A stretch of DNA of 64,000 nt from Octopus vulgaris (taxonomy: Eukaryota), in NCBI GenBank assembly GCA_951406725.2, contig OX597814.1, positions 220,720,001 through 220,784,000 on the forward strand, written 5' to 3'. The translations under genes and the position numbers were made by a program. Below are positions 55,061 to 64,000 of this stretch, one piece after another; position 1 is the first letter of the stretch, and each line of letters starts with the position of its first letter. Below the pieces are notes generated by a model, which had not been told where the DNA came from, did not search any database, and was given only the letters and a program-made list of their open reading frames with translations.

Positions 55061-55294
55061 CTATTTCTTTACTACCCACAAGGGGCTAACCACAGAGGAG
55101 ACAAACAAGGACAGATAAACGGATTGAGTCGGTTACATCGACCCCAGTGCGTAACTGGTGCTTATTTAATCGACCCCGAAAGGATGAAAGGCAAAGTCGA
55201 CCTTGGCAGAATTTGAACTCAGAACGTAGCGGCAGATGAAATACTGCTAAGCATTTCGCCCGGTGTGCTAACGTTTCTGTCGGCTCGCCGCCTT
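55061..55294 (-). mobile_element. SINE family C, full length
   Basis: Reverse complement of 53186-53416. Confidence 0.88.
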
Positions 55295-55378
55295 AGGTAG
55301 GTATATATATATATAATATATACATACCTACCTACATGTAACTATATATAAATGTATGTATACATGCAAGCACATACG

Positions 55379-56264
55379 CACGTGGTCTGAACAATAAGTA
55401 TCCGGACTGTTGCCATAGTTACGAAGCTAAAGCACGCAGAGTGAAGCTGATTGGCACAGAATGACCTTGAACTCTGCTGTGCATGAGCACTAAGTTTTGA
55501 CGTTCTAGCTCATTTCCGCTGTTTACAGCAGTGCTTAGAAGGAAGGTGTGTAGCGCATGATCGTTGCATTGACCATGACAGAGAAAGTTGAGCAGACGAT
55601 CTCCACCAAATTTTGCCGAAAGCTTGGCGATACCTGCTCAGAAACCTACGCGAAGTTTCAAAAAGTTTTCATCGTACGCAATACAATGAAGGAGATCTTG
55701 TGCAACTGAAACCCTGAGTGTCTTTTTGGTCAGCTGAAAGCAGTTTTGGCACAAACTTGGCAGACACACGTCTCATACCCAAAATCTTCAGTGATAACGG
55801 ACTGAACTGAACCGTAACTAATCTGCACATCCTCTGATAACTCACGGATGGTGATTCGACGATTTCCCTCACAGCTGCACACACATCTCAGTTCTGCTAG
55901 TTGCAGGTCTCCCAGAACGTTCGTCAATATCGACATTTTTTCGGCCATCTTGGAAACGTTTGACCTACTCTTACACTTGTGTGCGGCTCATACACTCCCC
56001 TCCATACACTTTCTGTAACTTTGCGTAGGTATCTGAACAGGTATCACCATGACAACTTTCTCTGTTATGATCAAAGCGATGATCACATGCTACACACCTT
56101 CCTTCCAAGCAATGTTGTAAACAGCAGATATGAGCTAGAATGTTAAAACTCAGTGCGCATGCACAGTAAAGTCCAAGATCAATCTTTGCCTAACGGCTTC
56201 GCACTGCGTGCTTTAGCTTCATTGCTATGGCTACAGTCCAGATACTTATTGATCAGACCTCGTG
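55379..56264. mobile_element. Fold-back mariner derivative made of two converging 5' ends
   Basis: Both ends start CACG.GGTCTGA.CAATAAGTATC.GGACTG and continue into transposase N-terminal sequence (MTEKVEQ..KF..KLG). The minus arm reaches RRITIRELSEDV..GMRRVSAKFVPKLL. Confidence 0.85.
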
Positions 56265-56286
56265 TATGCATATATACATACGTACA

Positions 56287-56374
<88 letters not shown>

Positions 56375-56376
56375 AA

Positions 56377-56594
56377 ATGTGACCTCGTGTGTACCGTTGG
56401 CGATTTTTTTCCTCTGTCTTCCTTCTCTGGATCTTTCCTTCTCTGGATCTTTCCCTTCTCCTATGTTTCCAACGAAGAGTTCCGCTCGAAACGTTAAACC
56501 CTCCTTCTTTCCTTCTTTCCTGAGCGTCCAATAATACTATATTTGTTCCACGTTCTCGCGTTGTTGTGTTTTTTTTGTGCTTTCTTGTTTGGAT

Positions 56595-56600
<6 letters not shown>
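56377..56600 (+). mobile_element. ~210-bp HHR-bearing short element, copy 2
   Basis: Reverse orientation of the 34262 copy. Motif at 56465-56499 with two substitutions. Confidence 0.8.
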
Positions 56601-56633
<33 letters not shown>

Positions 56634-56669
56634 TATGTATATGTATATATATATATGTATATGTATATG

Positions 56670-56751
<82 letters not shown>

Positions 56752-56843
56752 CATATATATATGTATATATATGTATATGTATATAAATATACATTCAAAC
56801 ATACACACACAAACACACACACATATATATATGAATAAATACA

Positions 56844-57219
56844 AGGCGTAGGCGTGGATGTGTGGTAAGAAGCATGGTTCGGGTTTCAGTCCCACAGCGT
56901 GGCACCTCTTCTACTATAGCTTCGAAACTTGTGAGTGGAGGCAAGCTGAAAGAAGCCCATCGAATGTATATAAAAGTGTGTGTGCGTGCGTGTGTGCATG
57001 TCTTTGTGTACGTGTTTGTCCCTACCAATTCGCTTGACAACCGATGCTGGTGTGTTTACGTCCCAGTATCTTAACGCTTCAGTAAAAGGGACCGATAGTA
57101 TATGCACCGGGTTTAACAAAAAAATATGTGTTTGGGTCGATACATTCGAGTAAAAATTCTTCAAAGCAGTGCCCTAGCATGGCAGCAGTCTAATGACTGA
57201 AGCTAGTAAATGATAAAAG

Positions 57220-57220
<1 letters not shown>
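56844..57220 (+). mobile_element. SINE family B, diverged
   Basis: GGCGTAGGCGTGGATGTGTGGTAAG head and a homologous body. Confidence 0.75.
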
Positions 57221-57250
<30 letters not shown>

Positions 57251-57624
57251 TGTATGTATGTATGTATGTATGTCTGTATGTATGTATATACATATATATA
57301 TATAAAATAAATCAAAGAGAGGTGGTGACTAAAAACAAACCTATGTAGTTAATTTTTTTTTGTTGTGTTTTAAAAGATCAATATTTATTTTTAGTCTATG
57401 ATTATAAGATTCTTTCGGCATATTATATCAAAGGATGATACTGTTAAATGAAAGTAAATCAAAACATTATAAAGTGTTTGTAGTTGTCAACAAGTTGTCT
57501 CCAGCAATGTACCTATAATTATTTAAATAACTACCTAAGAAACGACTTCTTTGTTAAACGTTCACTAACTCACTCCGCTTTATTTAATATTAACTTTAAA
57601 AAATAAAATAGTGACAATGAAGAT

Positions 57625-57625
57625 G

Positions 57626-57684
<59 letters not shown>

Positions 57685-57740
57685 AAGAAGAAGAAGAAGA
57701 AGAAGAAGAAGAAGAAGAAGAAGAAGAAGAAGAAGAAGAG
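57625..57740. repeat. Compound (ATA)n-(AGA)n trinucleotide repeat
   Basis: Directly visible. Confidence 0.95.
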
Positions 57741-57978
57741 AAAGCGGAGGAACCATTTCCTTATTAGTCACAAGGGCTCGAAAGATAATGATGTACGTTG
57801 AAGAGGAAGCTTGCAAAGGAGTAAGAGGTTAGCCAAATGACAAGATTATATTATAGAAAGATTGTGGGAGTGGATGAAAGACGTGATACAATATATAATG
57901 GGACAAGTGAAACAATTTTTAGGAAATGCATAAATAATTACACAGAAATAAATAACGACGTAATAAAACAATAAAACA

Positions 57979-58149
57979 GGTGCAGGAGTGGCTGTGTGGT
58001 AAGTAGATTGCTTACCAACCACATGGTTCCGGGTTCAGTCCCACTGCGTGACACCTTGGGCAAATGTCTTCTACTATAGCCCCGGGCCGACCAATGCTTT
58101 GTGAGTGGATTTGGTAGACGGAAACTGAAAGAAGCCTGTCGTATATATG

Positions 58150-58180
<31 letters not shown>

Positions 58181-58400
58181 TTGTGTGTCTGTGTTTGTCC
58201 CCCTAGCATTACTTGACAACCGATGCTGGTGTGTTTAAGTCCCCGTCACTTAGCGGTTCGGCAAAACGAGACCGATAGAATAAGTACTGGGCTTACAAAG
58301 AATAAGTCCCGGGGTCGATTTGCTCGACTAAAGGCGGTGCTCCAGCATGGCCGCAGTCAAATGACTGAAACAAGTAAAAGAGTAAAAGAGTAAAAGAGTA
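57979..58400 (+). mobile_element. SINE family B, full length
   Basis: Complete head, body and (AAAAGAGT)n tail. Confidence 0.92.
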
Positions 58401-58839
58401 TAATAAAGTTACTCTTTAAACAGAAAAATAAAACATAAAAACCCTCAATTTTTTTCTAGGATTCTCACCCACACAGGAGTGGGAACCTACTCGCCAGTTC
58501 GAATTACATCATCTGTCAGTCCGCTTGCCATTTGTCGTACTAGAGCCTTTGTATCTAACGGTTCTCATTAATATTTTCTGCGGGAGTTAACCTAGGGTGC
58601 AACTTGTGTCTTCAGAAAACTCTTCTTTTAATGTATTATAATATTGCTTGTATTAAGATTCAACCATTAACAGGTTTCATAGATTCCGACTTGATCTCTT
58701 GAAAACTTAGTCAAATTTAAGAAATTTCCTTCAGCGTAATGTCAGTCAAAACTGCCGTTAACATGAATTATTTCTCAAAGAGAATGGCCGAATTTGCCCC
58801 TCTTAATGGTTTTCAAATAAGGGCAGACAAATTGCTATC

Positions 58840-59054
58840 TTTTATTTTTTACTTGTTTCAGTCATGCGGTCATGCTGGGGTACCACCTTAAAGGGTTTGG
58901 TCGAACAAATCAACTCTACTACTTATTCATTTTTAAGCCTGGTACTTATTCTATCGGTCTCTTTTCTTTTTTTGCTGAACTGCGAAGTTACAAGGACATA
59001 AACAAACCAACACAAAGTGTCAAGCGGTGAGGAGGTTAGAAACATACTACAAAG

Positions 59055-59131
<77 letters not shown>

Positions 59132-59522
59132 ATCCAAACAAGAAAGCACAAAAAAAAACACAACAGCGCGAAGACGTGGAACAAATATAGTATTATTGGA
59201 CGCTCAGGAAAGAAGGAAAGAAGGAGGGTTTAACGTTTCGAGCGGAGCTCTTCGTCGGAAACATAGGAGAAGGAAAGATCCAGAGAAGGGAAGACAGAAG
59301 AAAAGAATCGCCAACGGTACACAAGAGGTCATATATATATACGACGGACTTCTTATAGGCTACGTCTACCAAATCCACTCACGAGGCTTTGGTTGGCCTT
59401 GTAGTAGAACACATTTGCTATCATAGAAGAGAGACACAAGGCCAAGGTGTTACGCAGTGGTACTGAAATCGGAACCAAGTGGTTAGAAAGCAAGCCTCTT
59501 ACCACACAGCCACTCCTGCGCC
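58840..59522 (-). mobile_element. SINE family B interrupted in its internal TA tract by the HHR element
   Basis: Tail half at 58840-59070 and head half at 59340-59522. Confidence 0.82.
59125..59335 (-). mobile_element. ~210-bp HHR-bearing short element, copy 3
   Basis: Motif at 59262-59228 is identical to copy 1. Confidence 0.8.
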
Positions 59523-60191
59523 ATGTTCAATAAAAATGAAAATGATTTAAAAATTGTAGGTTTGCCAATCATCATGGCGAAGAAAGAATAATCATATAAA
59601 TGTAAACGCTAACGTGTCTCATCATTCATAAGCAGGTGGTGGGGGTAAGCAATTCTCACTAGAAATGATTTCCGTGAACGGAGCCCGACATTAGTCAGTT
59701 TGACAACACTGCATTGTCTAACATTCTCTTACATTTGTCTGCGAGCGAATATTGTTGTTATTACTGCTCTCGTTCAAAATATTTGCTTAAATGTTTGTAA
59801 AAATTTCCTTTTCTTTTAAATGTTCATTTAAACGTTCATTAGTTTTTCTTTTTGTTGTAAGAGATCTGTTGTTAACATTATTTGTTTATTTTGTGCGATT
59901 TTGAATATCTTTTTTCTTTTTGAGTAGAGTAATGTGGTTGTCTGTCAGACATTTTGATACGAAAATGTCATCAAAATGAGAAAGCAAATAAAATATAAAG
60001 CCTGTACAGACATATCTTTCTTTATGTATCTCCGGTTATCGGAGGAAGACCTTCACAGGTAATTAAAATCATTATTGGCAAGAAGCCCAAAGAAAGAATT
60101 TTCATTTGACGATACTTGAAATAATGTCGAGTCTCGGAACGAAGAAAAAAAATCTACATAAATGCTTAATCAGTCAATAACAATAATAATC

Positions 60192-60356
60192 TTTTCTACT
60201 AAAGGCACAAGGTCTGAAATTTTGGGGGCGGGGTAGACGATAACATCGACCCCAGTGTTTAACTGGTACTTTATTTTATCGACTTCGAAAGGATGAAAGG
60301 CAACGTCAACTTTGGTGGAATTTGAACAAAGAACCTAAAGACAGACAAATTTCCGC
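60192..60356 (-). mobile_element. SINE family C, diverged
   Basis: ATCGACCCCAGTG..AACTGGTACTT..GGATGAAAGGCAA. Confidence 0.7.
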
Positions 60357-60470
60357 TGATGAGAGAATGAATTCGCGTTGTGTATACTCAGAAGTATGTC
60401 TGTCTGTCTGTCTGTCTGTCTGTATGTCTGTCTGTCTGTCTGTCTGTATGTCTGTATGTCTGTCAGTCTG

Positions 60471-60522
<52 letters not shown>

Positions 60523-60880
60523 CTTTTATACATACATACATACGTACATACATACATACATACGTACGTACGTATATATATATATATATATTTGTTTCGA
60601 ATTTGTGTGAATAGAATAATATATTCGATAAAGTAAAAACATAGTCTCGTCTTCACGTTTTTCATTATGGTATTTTAAGATAATTAGCGCTTTCATACAT
60701 AGTGTACTTATCAGATTTCAAATGTGTTTCACTGACAGTTGAGTTCTTGACAACTTCAGTATCTCTTAGAACGCTCCAGCCAGCTGAAGTTTTAAAATAC
60801 CTTCTTGATCAATCCATATGCTCTTAAACATCACAGTTTGCCAGGTGTGCCGATATTCTGTAACTTATTAATCCACATCG

Positions 60881-61360
<480 letters not shown>

Positions 61361-61724
61361 TATATATATATATATATATGTATATCTATATGTATATGTG
61401 GGTTGCTTGAAATAAGGAGTAGAAGGGCAGCTGACAACTGATGAAGGGTCGTTTTTAATGTTACTTGTTTTGCTTTCCATTCTTTCTCTCGTTCTTTGCG
61501 TACCCGACGTTATTTTCGTATTTCATGCTGTTTACGTTTTGTGACGTCCTGCACCCATATATGCATACTTATATACATACACATGTATATATGTATATAT
61601 GTGTGTGCATATATATGCATATATATATATTATTTATTTATATATATGTATGTATATATAGATATATGCATATATATATGTATATATATATATGTATATA
61701 TATATATATGTATATATATATGTT

Positions 61725-61755
<31 letters not shown>

Positions 61756-61761
61756 GTATAC

Positions 61762-61803
<42 letters not shown>

Positions 61804-63245
61804 ATATATATATATATGTATGTATATATATGTATATATATATGTATGTATATATATATGTAAATACATATATATATATATATATTATGCATATATACGT
61901 ATATATATATCTGCATATATATATTCATGTATGTATATATATATATTAATGTGTATATATGTGTGTGTGTGCGTGTGTGAGTGTGTATGAATGTATGCAG
62001 GTGTATATGTGTATCTAGGTATAATGTGTGTGAGTGTGTGTGCGTCCGTTTCTGTGTTTACATGTAACCGCTAAAAAACCGGTAGTATACTGACATAATG
62101 TCGGGATGTCATGCTTGTGTGTCTCAATAAAAATATTTAAGAAAGATAGAACAATAAATACAGGGTGCGACAGAAAAACGTCTCATATTATATATAGCTA
62201 TTACTGTAGCAATAGCCATGTTACTCAGATTAAAACGGTATCTACATGGAGCTAATGTGTTGCCGTTTTTGGCTTTTACGGTTTTAGTTGAGAAAGTTGC
62301 ATAACCGTGCGTTTGCTGTTGAAATACGTAGAATGGTGAATCTGAAGTTTTTCCGCACACTGCAAAGTAGGGTGGGTGGAGGTAGATAGATAGATAGATA
62401 GATAGAAAGAGAGAGAGAGAGAGAGAGAGAGGGGAGAGAGAGAGAGAGAGAGAGATAGGGAGAAGGGAGAGGCGTTGTAAAGGAATTCGAATTCGGAGAG
62501 CGAGTGAGCCAAGGCGAAGAGGAGAGAGTCGAAGTTCCTTCCAAATTTGAATTTTTTTTTAGTAAAATAGCATTCTCAAAATAGGCGTTTCTGCAGAATA
62601 TAATGCAGGTGTAAACAACGTCTTCGATATTATAGTGAAATATCGTTGGATATCTCACGCCGCCATAATACTAGGCCGCTACATCTATGCATCAATCTTC
62701 CTCTTTTTTTTTTTGTTTTTAATTTCCTGAAACTTGTCGATTTAAGTGAATATTTGTAATATAGAATATGTTATGTGTACAGGAAAAAAATTTTATAATA
62801 CATAATGTACAATTTATCTTACTATCACGATAGGTAAGTATGTGTATGTTTGATTTCAGAGCGAAAATACCATCTGTTCACTTCTGTGTACGAGTTGTGT
62901 AAACGGAAAGAAACGGAGACAGATACTAAACAGCGAATCAGCAGAATCATTAGACCTCTCGATATATTATATTGCCATATATATTATATTTGTCTTGCCT
63001 CTCAATACTCTGACTTTAAATTCTGGAAAGGATAAACCTTGCCTTTTATTCTTACAGTCAAGTACTGAAGTCAATTCTTCTCTTGCTATTCATCTCTTAG
63101 AATCGGTAACCGAACGGCGTGAGAAGGAGGATTTGCGCGATGTTTGGTAGCTGGATATCTGTGTGGAACACTGGTATATTGTTTGCAGGAACATTATTGA
63201 TACACTTCTTCAGAATTCATATCTACCTATTTTATAGTAAGGATA

Positions 63246-63294
<49 letters not shown>

Positions 63295-63477
63295 TAGATA
63301 CAGACACGCGCACACACACACGATTATATATATACCTCTCACACACTCAACACACATGCACACATATACAAGAACATACATGCACTTTCACATACACATA
63401 AATACACACACATAACACACATAAACACGTACACACACACACACGCGCACACACGCGCACACACAGAGTTACTATCA

Positions 63478-63529
<52 letters not shown>

Positions 63530-63924
63530 CTAGCAGTTTCGCCCGGCGTTGCTTGGGTTTGTAAGGGAAATAACTATATAAGCATTTTTAGCGATGTAAA
63601 GTATAATAGCCATCTCAATATGGCTAACCACAAAGGGGGGGTGTTACTGTAGCTTTTTACGTTCTGAGATTTAATAATACATTTTTAGAGAGTTACTTCT
63701 CTTATATATGCCTAAAATGCATTAAAAATGGGAAAAATTGATGGTAATTTTTTTTTTAAATCATAGACTCATCGTAGACGCGCGCTAATACCCAGAAGGG
63801 CTCGATATGAATCACGACTATAAGATACCCGGCTTTGGTTAAACTGCACCGCAAAATGTGGGAGTAGTTAGGAATCTAAATCGTAGGAGACAGACAGCAC
63901 AAACCTTACTTTTATATATAAAGA
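63530..63924 (-). mobile_element. Short non-autonomous Helitron
   Basis: Minus strand starts TCTTTATATATAAAAG and ends CCCAAGCAACGCCGGGCGAAACTGCTAG, inserted at A|T within a TA tract. Confidence 0.85.
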
Positions 63925-64000
63925 TATATATATATATATATACATACAAACCAACTTTCTGTCATAAAGTGATCACAAAAACCGATAGAAAATAAGTTAA

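Noticed and set aside
57611-57832. Poly-Ile/poly-Arg ORF
   Set aside because: Trinucleotide microsatellite artefact.
60350-60380. Isolated CTGATGA (also near 35970 and CTGACGA near 54245)
   Set aside because: No matching GAAA strand or stems, so these were not called as hammerheads.
62830-63240. Donor-like AG|GTAAGT (62834) and a polypyrimidine acceptor (63100) on the plus strand
   Set aside because: No supportable ORF or homology; such motifs occur by chance in AT-rich DNA.

Overview
AT-rich, microsatellite-saturated eukaryotic DNA. The repeat repertoire (tRNA-derived SINE families, (TA)n/(CA)n/(TAGA)n arrays) is most consistent with an octopus genome; this is inferred, not searched. Nearly all listed ORFs are microsatellite artefacts. 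The only convincing host-gene piece is a minus-strand first coding exon encoding a signal peptide (15040-14956, phase-1 GTGAGT donor). The rest is transposon debris: three SINE families, a Tc1 pseudogene, a fold-back mariner, hAT MITEs, Helitrons, RTE and CR1-type LINE fragments, and two Penelope-like elements (one Neptune-like split by a Helitron, one Naiad-like). The most striking signal is RNA-structural. More than a dozen hammerhead ribozyme (HHR)-like motifs lie in short elements inserted into (TA)n/(CA)n tracts or at Penelope 3' ends. Three of them, plus one partial copy, carry the three hammerhead strands in a non-circularly permuted (pseudoknotted) order, supported by complementary stems and a compensatory change. 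All structures were paired by eye and none has been tested.
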